Source of the DNA: Dimorphilus gyrociliatus
Taxonomy: Eukaryota; Animalia; Annelida
Length of the DNA: 64,000 bases
Direction of reading: 5' to 3'
Assembly: GCA_904063045.1 (NCBI GenBank)
Contig: CAJFCJ010000006.1
Coordinates: forward strand, 2,923,631 to 2,987,630
The position numbers were made by a program, and so were the translations under genes. Shown in pieces: positions 12,304-26,229 of this stretch. The notes under the pieces were generated by a model. The model ran no database searches, was not told the origin of the DNA, and was given only the letters and a program-made list of their open reading frames with translations. Each line of letters begins with the position of its first letter. Within the stretch, counting starts at the first letter, position 1.

Positions 12304-13653
12304 AATTTGTATGAAAAATGTCGAAGAACTCTATATCTAATAATATTTATTAAACATTTCACATAAAGAGAAAAGACTATTCTCGCGTAAAAGTCTCTCC
12401 TATAAAATAAACAGTTGATAGTTTTGTCGTTACTCCACTCTTCAAAACTTCTGTTTACTCAAAAGTAAAATTCTATTTTTTTTTCATTTTTAGGCGACTG
12501 ATTCACATGAATGATTTCAGTATTGATTCTATTCTCCTAACAATTTACTAATATCATATTGGGTATTAATCATATTTTTTTTTTCTTAAATATCTATCAA
12601 TATTCGAATTATGAAGAATTTTAATATTGTATGAAGTGGAATTATGCTCAACGCCCTTTCTTTTCTCTTTTGAACAATACCCCCTATTTCAAATACGCTA
12701 TTCTGTCCATTGAAGTATAAAGCATATAATATAGAAATAAACTTGTTATATCTTTATAGTTGAACAAACCTACTCTAATTACCACTAACTATCAAATAAT
12801 TATACAAGTATAGTAGATATTTTCTTATATCAGCTTTTATTACGTAAGAGAAGGAAATAAGAAATGAGAGAACAAGTTAGTACGGTTTTAATGCTGCTGG
12901 CTTCTATGAAAAATGAATAGGATCATAAAATTTGTTGGCTAATATATTTTATACTTTTACTGAAAATATAATAATTTATAAAGTAAGAAGACTTTTATTG
13001 GTCTTTTTAGGTCTTTCGCTGACCTAGATAAATAGTTCTACGCGTAGTTAAAAATGCCTTTTCATCAAAAATATGCGATCTAAGCCTATACAATAAAAAA
13101 TCATTTAATCTAGAATGGCAGTATTCAGTCTTGAATATCCCAGTTATAGGCTATCAATAATCTCTGAAAAAATGAGAGAGGGAAAAACAAGTGCCAATCA
13201 ACTATGAGCTAAATGTATTTATTGTTTATTTACTTTGATATTTATCTCTAAATACTCTAAATAGTATCAAAACAAAAACGTAAATATTATTAATTAATTT
13301 GAAAAAGCTACCATTCACAATTCCTTTTAAAAAATAGATTCATTTGTTTATTTATCTACTAAGTCCAATATAACTATAAGTATAATTCTATTAATTACAA
13401 ATTACATGGTTCTTTGAACCTGAATAATAACGCCTGGCATACTGATAGTTAGCTTTTATCCCTATTGGTCTTATTTTATATATATATATATAGGCTAAAT
13501 ACTGCAAAATGATTTATCTTAAATAGTAAAAGCATTGTAGTTGATATCGATATTGAATAAAAGAAAAAAAAACATCAACAACAACAAACGTTATGCGCAG
13601 TTTAAATATTTTGGAAATAAAAGAAATCTTTAAAAGGGGACAAAGTTCAATAT

Positions 13654-13657
<4 letters not shown>

Positions 13658-13685
<28 letters not shown>

Positions 13686-13713
13686 CAGAGAGAGAGAGAG
13701 AAAGAGAGAGAGA
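13658..13713. repeat. Compound (TA)n/(GA)n microsatellite
   Basis: A tatata run directly followed by agagag runs. Confidence 0.9.
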
Positions 13714-14223
13714 AAATTTTATGCCTGAACGAATATTCTAAAAGAGAAAATAGCCCCTCCCTTTTTTTCTGTCCATCACCCTTGATTAAATTACCAACTC
13801 TTATTTTTTAAATAAAAAGTCCTCTAGTCCTCCAGTTAATCTAAATATCATAAATCCGATATGAGATACATATATAGGATATATAGAGTTAATTTTAAAG
13901 ATGATATCTTCAACAGAGACTACTCAAGATGGCTCTTTTTTTTCACACTTAGTAAAAAAAATGAAAAAAAAGAATAACCTTGAAAAAAACAAGGTCTTGT
14001 ATTCTTCTCTTTCTTATTCTGCTTCTAAAGAGCAAAAATCATAATAAACTAGCAATAATAGATTGTATACAGTACACCCATATTTTTTTATTATTAAGTT
14101 ATCTATAATTTTTCTTCTAGAATATTTATTTTATAAAGAATACGAAAAGAATGGAAAATAAATATGATAACATATATAATTTTTAAATTAAAGACTCTAT
14201 TGTTAGATAGGGGGGGGAAAAAA

Positions 14224-14848
14224 ATGGAAAAATCGAATTTTTTTGATTATTTATCAATTGATTCGAGAGTTATTACATTTGAAGAAGATAAATACGGAAA
14301 TTATAAATCGAATATAACATTAAAAAATAACTTGAAGAGTAATAGAGTTAGATTTTTATTAAAGACGAATAAATCAAAAATATTTAATATTAAACCTACA
14401 AATACAAATATATTGGATTGCGATGAAAACATTAATCTAAAAATATCTTGTAAAACTGCTAGTATTGATGAAATAGAAAATAGTTGTTTTCAAATATTGG
14501 CAAATATCGTTAATGATGAAGGCCCTGATAAAGATAGTAATCAAGTAGTAGAAGCAAGATTACCTTGTAGATTACAAAGTCGTGAGCTTATCCTCCCTGA
14601 AAAGGGAAAGCAAAATGTGGAAAAAATGTAAAGTAGTCCTTTAAATTTCTAGATCGATATCTATTTATTCTATTATCTATAGGTTAATTAATATAACAAT
14701 ACTTATGGTTGGTTTTCTAATCGGTATTATTTTTGCCACATTCTTTTTGAGGTCATATTATCAAAGATTGGATAAAACTGGTGGAATAACGGATTCTTTA
14801 ACAAATTCTCTTTATTGGATGTTTTTTACAAATGATAAATACGATTAG
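14224..14848 (+). CDS. MSP-domain (VAP/MOSPD-like) tail-anchored membrane protein
   Basis: ITLKNN..VRFLLKTNKSKIFNIKP..INLKISC resembles the MSP fold. Intron 14628-14682. Exon 2 gives hydrophobic ITILMVGFLIGIIFATFFL and stop TAG 14846-14848. Confidence 0.65.
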
Positions 14849-14971
14849 AAATTGTTGGAAAAGCATTAAAGAACACAAAATGTCCAATTAGCATATTTTC
14901 GGTTTTTAATATAGAAATATTTATATAAAAACTTTTTTTTTTAAAAAAAAAAATATGAAATAAAACATAGC

Positions 14972-16306
14972 TTAATAAATTTTAAGTAAATATATCTTGT
15001 TCGATAGTTGAGTGTCTTTCCCCCTGAAGGCTATATATTGTTAAGCTTCCTTGAAATATTGACAATAGTAATAGAGTAATTCCAATAATTAATAGTCGGG
15101 AAAAAAATTTGCCTGTCATTTCAAGAATTGTTATAGAAATTTCTCTTTCCAAAAAGAAGAAACATCCCTGTAGAGAGAAAAAGAAAAAAAAGAAGAGTGT
15201 TTATCATTTTTACCTAAAAATTTGTTTATTTAAGTATAAAATACTGTTTGATAAATAGCTGTATTCGAAAATGGAGAGGTTACAGAAGAATTTGAATGTT
15301 TCGATGGTTTCTGGCTAAAGCAACTTTGATTTTTAGGTTTTGTTGCGTAAATACTACACGATTCTGGTATTTTTCCATTCCAATCTTGATAAGTATTAAT
15401 TCCACAACAGTTGCACTGAAAAATTAAAGGAGGTAATAGAAAATTTAAATTAATAGAATAAAATATTACATCAATCTGCAAAGCATCCCAAAATCCTCTA
15501 TCGTAATGATTTTCATTTGCATTATTCTGAACGCGTTTTAATGAATTTATCATAACTCTTTCAGCAGATTTCCTTATCTATTTATTAATTAAAAGAATAA
15601 CTATAAAACTTAGAAAAAATGATATTTTTACCTCTCTAAACAAGTGTTCTGTATAACTATTAGCGCATCTCATTCTCGAGTAGCCACAGAAGATACAGAA
15701 GACAGATCCAAATAGAATAACAATTGGCTATAAATGTATACAGATAAGAAAAATAGAAAAAACTAGTTAAAATATTATATAATCATTTTACCCAAAAATT
15801 AGTTTTTCTCTTATTTAAAGCAATGCAAAATATACAAAATCCGCAAGAAATAACAATTGAACTCGATAGAATTATTATAATTTCGTTTGTATTTATTTTT
15901 GAGAAACTTTCATCTTGAACCAAATTCAACCAACAAAATTGTTTTCCAACTTGAAATTTGTTTATTCTAGTTTATAATATTGTTTATATTGTTTGTTGAT
16001 TTTATATTTTATTTTTTTCAACTTTTTATGAACTTACCTGCAATTTTTTTGAGATGAAGGATCTATCGTTTGAGTAAATACTCCTATTATTATTAAAATA
16101 CTCCCTCCGCACATCATTATTAAGATGCTAGATAAAATGAATAATCCAAATCTTACTTTTAACCAATTTATTTGGAGCGAATGTAATGAAATTAAACTTG
16201 AAAATATATTTGAATTTGCTGAAATTGTCCTCTGTAATAAAGAATCGTTATTATTTAATACTCTTTCACAACAGCAACTCATGCTGGCAGTTTCTTCTTC
16301 TTCCAT
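14972..16306 (-). CDS. Divergent tetraspanin
   Basis: Multi-exon gene with hydrophobic segments and the large-loop signature WDALQID-CNCCGINTYQDW..IPESC..GCF (CCG motif). Last TM segment LLIIGITLLLLSIF. Stop 14972-14974. Exon 2 was not fully resolved. Confidence 0.75.
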
Positions 16307-16850
16307 TTTCTCCTGATTTTATTTTTATTGGGTGTAAACAAAATTCTTTCGCAAGGGTCAAGGACGAATAATATATTATCGCTCTCTATACTGCAATTTA
16401 TCATTAATATCTAAACAATTTAACGAATAACAGCTGTTCACATTGAAAATTTATTGCGAATATTTAAAGGACGAATTTTCTATTGCAATTTAAAGTTAAT
16501 TTATCCTTTCACAAATTAGTAAAACAGTCTCTTCATTCAATAAAGTAGTGAAACACCATTTAATCAAAAGTAAGAGTCTATTGTATACTTTATATATTTA
16601 AGTATAATAATAAATTATTCAAGTAATATTTAAGAATAAATGAAATGAAGAGATAGATTATAAATATTCCTTAATAAATATTGTTCTAAGAGATCATTGA
16701 AATTCCATATTTTACAATAAATATTCATTCAATAACTGTATTGACAACCGATTGTTTAAATGGAAAGGAACTTATGATAAAAATATTAGAAATAAATAAA
16801 CCAGTCATTTATAAATTACGTAATTACATGCCTCTTTTCATAATTTCTGC

Positions 16851-19543
16851 TTATTGAACTTTCACCAGGAAACCATATAAGAAGATTGCGCCACAATGAT
16901 AAGTCATCCACTCTAGCTCGTCATTAGGTAACCTTAATAATATTAAAAAATAAAAAAGCAGTATTTTTTTTAATATGACAATAAAATATTTTCTAGAAAC
17001 TACCTTGGATCGATAGCCGTAGTACCTAGATTCATAGTCTCTGGTCCTACGGTGTAAACATCAGGCTTTACTAGAACTTGGAAAGCTGTCTTAAATGTCT
17101 TATCTTTAAAGCTAAATAATGACAATATATCTTTTATTTATCTTGATATTTGTATTTTACTAATGGATTTACCTGACTTGGTCGCAATAAAGTTCCGAAT
17201 AAAATATCGAGGGGCTCAGAAACGTTTGATTTACATTAAATCCTTCTGGCTTATTATCCTCTGTAAAATGCCATTCTGGTGGTCTAATTTTTTTACCATC
17301 TAGGGTAGTATCACCAGGCTTTAAAAAATTACCATGCTGCAGAATGGGAACAATATTATTATAAGATGTTCCATGATACGCAATTTGCCATTTTTTTAAA
17401 GCATCAATTGACTTGTCTGCATGTCTTGAGGGAAGTTTCAAACCAAATTTAAACCAACCAATAGGAACAGGATACATCCTACTAGGTTCACCTTGCGACT
17501 TATAGTCACTTCCTCCCCGAGCTAAATGACAATTTCGGCAATGGCATCGATTAAATCTCGAATCAATGTAGGTTTTAACTAAATAAAGAAAATGACTCTC
17601 TGTTAACTATTCTATTAATTAATTATTTACGTTCATTCACCGTCAATCTTTAAATAATCTCTTACAAAGCTAGTAACAATTTTCTCTATTTCGCATTTCT
17701 TCTTCTTTGCGGCTCCATTGGTAATTTCATGTATTCTTGCTTCACAAATTTTTGCAACATTTACGATCGATGGTTGATACTTAGACGAAAACTTCTTCAA
17801 AAATTCTTGTAATTCGCGATTTCTAATGTTGGAGTATACTTCATCAGTTAATAAACTCTTGTTATCCTTTGAAACACTAATCACGGTTTGTAAACATCTA
17901 CTTAAACAATGCAAAGCCAACTCTATGTGATGAGCATGTTCCTGCACTTTATCTACTTTTTGAAATATCTTTAATAGGCTTTCTATAAGACATCCTTTAA
18001 GCAACGTTAAAGAATTATTGTCACTTGTTAACGTTCCGGACAATAGGCTGAAAGCTACTCTAGGATAAATTATAATAAAACATTGATCGGTGTCATCTAC
18101 TGCTGACTCTTTGTCGTATTTTGAAAGTTTGCATCCTACATATTTTGATGAATCCACAACTAGTTTAACAACTAAGCGAAGTGCTGAATCTGTGTTGTTA
18201 TTAATAAACTCTCTGCATTGATTCTGTTGCAAGAAGAAGAAAATTTACCTTTCAAATCAAATGTAGCCTTTTCTTTTTCACTTAAAATATTCATCAGGCA
18301 AATTAAATTCAATAATAAACAAGAATCTTTATCCTCTTTTTTATAAATCTCCATTAAAGATGATTTAAGATCTTCTCTATTCATGACATCTTGAATAGCA
18401 GATACTGAAGATATATTCATTATTAAACCAAAGACTTTCCAACGACAGGAACGTAAATCCGTCTATAAAAGTGTAAAGTTATTTAATTAGTTTATTAACT
18501 TTTCTCAAAAAATTGGCTTTGCTTACAAATTGATTTACACGAAGAATGTTGTCCAGAATTCCTACGATAATATCTAGACAACCTCGGTTAACGATGGTTT
18601 TCGAAAACTTCCGACTTTTTGATGTAAATCTCAAGAGAAATGATAAAATACTACTAAGTGGATTAGAAAGATTAGTTCTTTTACTCCTATATTGCAAGTA
18701 TTTCAAGTAGTTAATTAAGGATTCTGTCTCGTCGTAATCAATGATAAGATGTGTATACATTGAAGTAGTTAGAGTATCTGCAACTCTTGGAATGTTTGAA
18801 AACAACTTTAACTTTTCATTAATATAGTTTGTGGAAGAGAGAGATCTCACTTTCATTTTCTCCGCTAGCTCTTTCCATAGTGATGAATAGGTAGAAATAT
18901 CACCGATGTCGTCATTCGGTGAATTGTTACTATAAATCAGGGCCATGCTTACTTCACTGCCTTTTGATGAAATATTAACGGTTGGATAGAGGGGAACATT
19001 TCGAAAAATCCTTTCAAGACAAGTACAACACGAGCCATATTCAACAGAATCCGACCTAAAGCTTAAACACCCCGAGCGCATATCTAAAATCATATAAAAA
19101 AAGTCTGGAGCCTCAAAATCATCCGATATATCAGCAGGATAAGGCATTTTCCGGCCAGAGCCCCAAACGGCATTGTTTTTATTTAAGTCCCAACCAAATG
19201 AATTATTGTTTGATCCACAGAGCTGTTGTTGTTCTTCTCGATCAAGTTGGGCATCTTTAGTCGAAAAGCCAACTATACAAATTTTTCCCCTCTTTTTTAC
19301 TGGACTGTTTACTTCAAAAATATGGATACCTGACGTAAAACCTTGGTTGCCTTTTGCTAAATTAGACTTATCCGAGTAATTTTCTTTATATATTGTCAAA
19401 TTATTATTTTTCAGTAATAAATCATTGGAACTTTCAGATGCATTCCATTTAAATCGTGTTCTTTTCTTGACAAATTCTAAAAAGTTCTTTGTAGCCTCTT
19501 CTCCCTCATCAATCGATATCTTTGCAGGTTGAGCTATTGCCAT
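16851..19543 (-). CDS. Paralog D: SPRY-ARM-ART protein (no Gly2)
   Basis: Starts MAIAQ (ATG 19543). SPRY FKWN..GIHIFEVNSP..FGWDL..LYPTV; ART PIGWFKFGL..WQIAYHGT..FLSPSIFY..LPNDELEW..YGFLVKV. Stop 16851-16853. Confidence 0.85.
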
Positions 19544-21073
19544 TTGTAAATGATTTTCGTTCTTTAACACACCTTATTTCAATACAAAAAGTATTCAATA
19601 TATCTAATGAACTTGTAAAGAATACGATCAGTAAATGACAAAATGATCAAATTGAAAAAATTACAAATAAGCAAAGGTGAAGTGGCTACTTTCGATATCA
19701 AAAGTAATCAGTGAATAAGTAACCAGTCTAATAGTGTAAGGTAAATATCGAATGACCTATTTAAAAGTACTTGATACGAAAAAAAAATGATGACCAAAGT
19801 AGAAAAAAATCTCTAAGTCATCTACATTTATTGCGTGATATATTTACATTTTCATTTCTCTTCTCTTCCCTCCAGTATACTTAGCTTAATTAGTCATATT
19901 TTATATAACCTACTTATGGTTATAATATACAGTATACAGATGACTTACATTTTAATTTCTATAAGAGTTAAAAGATCTTAATCTACTTAAAATTATCACG
20001 TAAAAATTCTATTTATTATTTTGCATTGAATTAGATTTTCTAGTAAAGAATTTGCGAGAAAAAAAACACCTTTTAACTCTAAAAAGACCTTTTAATTCGT
20101 TATTCTGAAATACTACAAATATGTATAACATTTTCTACGAAATTTATAATTACTTTCCTCTCTCTTTGATGATTAAAAGAAATAGAAAAAAAATAATAAA
20201 AAAAAGTGCTAAAATAAAATACTTTGACCTAAATGTAACAGAAATTTTTTGTACTTCTTTCGTTAGACGACACTATTAAGGAGGAGTTTTTACAAATAGA
20301 ATGTTTAATTATTTACTTAGAAGTGAAAACATTCTTTTTTAAAACAATAATAATAATAACAAAATATTTCAATCCTTTTTTTGTTTACGTTGTTTGCTTT
20401 AAAGAGACAAAAAATGCATCTTTATTTGTTAAACAGCGTTAGTGTAAAATATTTTTTATTAGTTTTTTTGTTTTTTTAAAAAAACAAAAAGATTCTTTTT
20501 TTCGAATGACTAAACAACTATGAAAAAACATTCTCGGTTTATTTTCATAAAATGCTTTGTAAACAAAAAATTATCATTTGTATATATATATTAGTATATA
20601 TATAGAAAATATATATAGAAAATGTGATGAAAGATGAAAGGGGTGAGAATATCAGCCTTGGTGTTTTATTCATTATTTTTAATGTCTAAAAGGTTAATAT
20701 CTTATATTTAATCTGCACTCTTAACTAAATCATACTATTTTTTATTTTTATTCGAGGATGAATTTAAAGAAAAAAAGACGTTATTTTAATTAAGGTACAG
20801 CGATCTTTCTAAATATAACGCTATTATATCTTTATTAAGTACAATGACTTTAGCGAATCCTTTATATCACAAAGAATGGCAGAAATAGAACATTGAAATT
20901 TTTTTTTACTTAAATTTATTAATTAATTCGATCTCTGCACTTCTACTATGCATGCAAAAAACACACTTTTTTTCTTTTTGACATTGTAATTTGACCTCGA
21001 GGATTTTCACTCGTAGGGTATAAATTATAGACCATCATAAGCATATTACTCATTTGAATCAGAAGTTTGAAAG

Positions 21074-22298
21074 ATGCAACATACGGCTATATACGAGGAT
21101 ATTTCTTTCACTCTACAGGAAATTCTTGTATCTTTGGATACACTTGTTGACTGTCCAAAGAATGGTAGTTGGATGATTAAGAATGGGCTTGTTGAAGTAT
21201 TAATTGGTATTTTAAGAACGCTGTCAACTAGCGAAACAATTTTCCATTTAACAATGGTCATCTTAAATAAACTGCTACATCAGGATCAAAATAAAGACGA
21301 TGACCAGTATTTTCTCGAAATCGATTCCGAAAAGTTATTAGATACTTTGGAGATACTTAAGGAAAAAGAAAATCTCTCTTTTTTAACTTCCGCCGAAATT
21401 TGCTTAAATAAGATACTTTTGTTAAGAAATGAAAATATCTTTTTGGATTGTCTCCTTGAAGAGAGATGTTATAGATTTTTAAGAGAAGTTTTACATATTG
21501 ATGGTAACTTTTCATTTATTTCTTTTTTTTTATTGTATGTCATTGTCACATGATTTTGTTTTTTTTTTATAGAAGATGCTTACCTGGATCCTAGATACAA
21601 TAAATGCTATTGTACTCGTTGCCATGCACAAAGACAATTAGACGATTACGATGAAAGGGGTAATCCTCCTAGAACTTATGCCGTACCTACTGGATGGTAT
21701 AGATTTGCTTTAAAAACTCCACCCTTTGCTGCAGGTGAATGTGCTTTTGATAACTGGCATAGAGCATATCACGGTACAAGACCAGAGTACATTCCAGAAA
21801 TATTACGTCACGGCTGCCTCTTGATGCCTGGAGATATAACGTCCAGAGGTGATGTGCTGAAAGAAATTGAAGAAAACCGACACGACGAAAATCAACCCGA
21901 AAACTTTAATTCAAAACAAATCTTTGTATCTCCTACAATTAAATACTCGGATTTCTACGCTAACGGAACAAAGTAAAATCATTAAGTTTAATTAATATTA
22001 ATTTATTCACATATTATAATTTACGCAACGAATATTCAACAGATGGAATAATTTTACTGTAAAAGTTGCTTTTCAAGTTCTTATCAAGCCAAACTCTTAC
22101 AGAACGGGCAGAGAAACTATCGGTCTAGAAGATCAAATTGATCCAAAGTAATTACTTGATAAATATTCTAATTAATTAGTTAATTAATTAATTACATAAA
22201 TTATGATATTTTGTAGATTTTCAAATAATGAAGTTGAATGGTTTACAAATCGTCGGGCATCTATTATTTTATATGGACTTTTAATTAAAATGGATTAA
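21074..22298 (+). CDS. Paralog E: 5'-truncated ARM-ART protein (SPRY exon absent; possibly a young pseudogene)
   Basis: ARM exon from ATG 21074 splices in frame to DAYLDPRYNKCYCTRCH..PTGWYRFAL..WHRAYHGT..FVSPTIKY, then FQVLIKP..ETIG, then FSNNEVEW..YGLLIKMD stop 22296-22298. No SPRY seen upstream. Confidence 0.7.
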
Positions 22299-23021
22299 AC
22301 TTCCTCTACTTAAAAAACATTACCTTGGCTATAAAGCAAATATAGAATACAAATTTTCCATTTCTTTCCTTCTTATCCCAACTATAAATAGAATAGAAGA
22401 AGATAATTTATGAAACAAAAAATACCGTGTGGGTGGAAACATAATAGTTTTGATTGTGTGATGAAATTGAAACAATAATGCTTGTTTTTTCTTCTTTTTC
22501 TTTTTTACTGGTTTAATACTGTCTATATAGATTTTATAATGTTCTATATATAGTTTAATTGAATAACTTATATACTCTTTATATGATTACACTTGTAAAA
22601 TATACTGTAAATGTATATATATATACATATACAGCATATATATATATATTTCTATTTATACTAAAATCATTGTTAGTTATGTTTTATATTTAAATAAAAT
22701 TGTAAAATATGAAAATGAAAGTAGATTAAAGAGTGAATTTGATTTATTGCTTATTGTTCTTTACGAGGATAATCATTGGTTAAATATTTTCAAATTAGGA
22801 GGCCTATAAGACTATTTTTGTAGGGAATAGCAGTTAAAAATATATTGTATTTCAACCTTTAATATAAAATTAGACTTAGGAAAGCCAAAAATTTATAATG
22901 ACGTAGAAAGTCTCCAGAAAAACACAATGTACGTCACAATTTGATGCAAAATTAAATCGCCTTTTGTGGCTGAATCATAGATTATAGATTTTAAAGAATA
23001 ATAATAAAAAAAGACCATAAT

Positions 23022-25681
23022 ATGGGTCTTTCTACCAGTAAAAAGAAGAAGTTGCATCATACAAATACAAATGATGATTTACCTGAAGTGACCGAAAGTA
23101 AAGAGGATAATAATTCTAAATTATCAACAAGTCAGACCTTTTTCAAGTGGGATATTAATAGCTGCTCAAAAAATTTGGTTATAAGTGATGATTTTTCTAC
23201 AATCAGTAAACCATTTAAAACAGGAACAATCGACTCTGTCCGAAGTAAATTTGGATATAATTCAGGTCGTCACGTCTACAGAGTAAATTGGCCAATTGAT
23301 CGACGAGGAGAAGATATTGCTGTAATAGGATTCTCCACCAAACACCTACCTCTTCAATCTGTTTGTGGAAGTAGTGAAAAATCATTCGGCTTGAATTTAA
23401 TAGACAATTCGATAATATTTAATAATGCTAAAACGAATACAAACGCCGATGAGGAAGTACCCGATACCTTTATTGTCATTTTAGATCTAATCGATGATTG
23501 GTGGATTATCAAGATGGATAATAAATATATTAAAATTTCATTAAAAGAATTGAAAAATGTTATTGAAAAGGAGAATAATAAATTATATTTAACAACTAGT
23601 ATGACGAAAGATGGTGGAAGAGTAAATGTTAACATTGACTGGAGAAATCCATCTATTCTATTAGAAGATGACTCACCGCACATACTAGATTCAATATCAA
23701 TGAAATACGTCTTTGATGTTTCAATTCAAGAATCTTGGCTAACATCAAAAAGTATTTTAAAGCAACTGATCTTAAACGATGGAGATAAGATTAAATCTAT
23801 AATTATCCAAAGTATTAATCTCTTTAAGCTTTATCCAAATATGCTTGAATCATCAATTGCAATCTATAGTGCCGACGATAGTATTAAAATAATATTAAGG
23901 TATTACGAATTATTGTCAAGGAATTTGGAAGATGAAAAAGTACATGCATGCTTCAAATGGATGACAGTCTTCCTATTTTTTCTTACAAATACAAATTCAA
24001 CTAATAGCTTTTTAGCGGAAGAGAATGGAATATTGAAAATAATTGGAAAAGTTCTTAAAATGTTTCAGAATAAAAAAAATCCAGTAAGTTGAGTCAAATT
24101 TGCAGTTTATTGTTTAAATAAATGATCTTTATTTCTTCTTACGTAGAAGCCATTTTTATTAATCAAGCTATTATTAAATTTATCCAAACCTATACAAATG
24201 AGAGAAAAGATAAGGCAAAGCAGAGTTTATGATATAATTTCGTGGTTTAGCGATAACGACGACGTCGAATCCTATAAAATGTATGCAACAATGATAAAAG
24301 CAAGAGTAATGAATAGTACCGAAAGAAGTCACTGGAATATAGATGGTATAATATATTCTAATACATCATGAATATTCAAAATGCTTAATTTACGTTACAG
24401 AAACAATTTTACAAAGTTTAACTATATCAATAAAACTTCGAGACGAGAATGGTAATATCGACTTTAAAGAGATGACTCTCAATTTATACGAAGTTTTAGA
24501 TTGTATCAGTCTGATTTGCGAAAATTCGGATAATGGAAAATACTTTCTTCGTAACGGGGTCACGTACGAACTAATTGATATTATAAGTATTCAATCAACT
24601 CATACTTTAACAGCTGAAAAAGCTGTTCATTGCTTAAATCAGCTATTTAATCAAATAAAGAAAAGATTAGAAAATGGTAATCTATCCGATATAGATGATA
24701 TTGCATTTCTGTTCAAATCCGATAGATTAAATATGATTCTTCATAACTTACTTGGAAAAAGCAGCGATGTTGACCTACATAAACAAATAAAAACGTGTTT
24801 GATAGAAATTCAAGATATCGCAAAAATTTGCTCAAATCACAATTGCTTTTATAAGAATTTATGCAGAAAATTCATAATCAATAACTTGAAAATAAACGGT
24901 CAGTTTCTATATTCAAAACAAACAGCTAGTAATGAGTTAACTATTATAATTGTTTCAATATTTCTAGATGCTTTCTTAGAGCCTGCCTATGACATGTGCT
25001 ACTGTAAATTCTGCTTTACATTAAGAGGTGATAAGGAATACTACGCTCGAGGATATCCAGAATCTACATATGCGTTACCTATAGGATGGTATAGAATTGG
25101 ATTGAAGTTACCACCTCGGGCAAAAGTTGAAAATGCTTTTGAGAAATGGCATAGAGCATTTCATGGAACCAGAGTTGAGAATATACTTAAAATATTACAG
25201 CACGGTGATCTGTTAATGCCCGGAGATATTACCGCCGAAGGGCAACAGTTGAAAGAATTAGATGGACATTTTAATCTTGATTATAAACCTGAAGGATTCG
25301 ATACACGTCAAGTTTTTGTTTCTCCAACCATTCGTTATGCTGGTCTTAACGTTTATTCATATAAGCAAAAGTAAGTATAATTGAAAGATTAAATGTTTTA
25401 AATTAACAACAATATTTATTAATAAGATGGAAAGACTTCAATGTAAAAGTAGCATTTCAAGTATTAATTAAACCAGGTACGTATAAAATTGGTAAAGAAA
25501 CAATTGGAACAAGCGAAAGAATCGATCAAAGGTAAATAGAATTCACTTTTAATAATCGTTTAAATCTAATAACAATCTTCTTAGAATATCTAACGATGAA
25601 ATTGAATGGTCAACAAAAAGGAGAGGAGTAATAATACCATACGGACTTTTAATTAAAGTTACAAAAGAGAATTTATCATAA
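23022..25681 (+). CDS. Paralog F: MG-SPRY-ARM-ART protein, catalytic motifs intact
   Basis: Starts MGLSTSKKKK. SPRY FKWD..GRHVYRVNWP; ART CYCKFCF..PIGWYRIGL..WHRAFHGT..FVSPTIRY..ISNDEIEW..YGLLIKV. Stop 25679-25681. Confidence 0.85.
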
Positions 25682-26229
25682 AAAGAACAGTTATTATTCT
25701 TTTAATATATAATTGTTTTTATAAATAGATAGTAAAAGCTGGTTTTTTTATATTTGATTAACGTTTTACCTGATTTATCTTCGTTTAATTGTTATTAAAT
25801 GAATAAAAAATGCTTTAATTATAATTTACGATATTTGAAATAATCCATGATTAAAGACCTTTAGCGGATACATTTATGTATTCCATAGTAACTTGACTTT
25901 CATTAGGCATGCAGCCGGATGCAAAGTTAACTTTTTGATGAATTTTTATTCCAAGATTTTCTAAGCACACTCTATGACATTTATCATTGGCGATAAAAGA
26001 TAAATATCATCCTTTAGTCAAATCTAGAATCATGTAAAAATCCTCATTGACTAATCCAATTAATTACTAATCGTTGAATAACTCTTTAAATATCTAAAAT
26101 ATTCAATTTTTATCAATACATATGATTACTTGTTCACTGAAATGTATATAAGCCTATTTATTTCAAAATTATAACAATAACCATAAAAAATATAGCGTTC
26201 CTTTTGCGTTACTTCTTATTCTTTTTTTT

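Noticed and set aside
12400-14160. Long AT-rich spacers (also 19.6-21.0, 31.5-32.6 and 40.8-41.7 kb) as mobile elements or ncRNA
   Set aside because: I found no terminal inverted repeats, LTRs, transposase/RT fragments or convincing structure, only microsatellites and poly-A/T runs.
24899-24967. Stop-free in-frame introns (F 24899-24967; similar ones in K and the tetraspanin) as regulated intron retention
   Set aside because: They have canonical GT-AG ends at positions shared with paralogs. With many ~60-70 bp introns, some 3n stop-free cases are expected by chance, and there is no transcript evidence.
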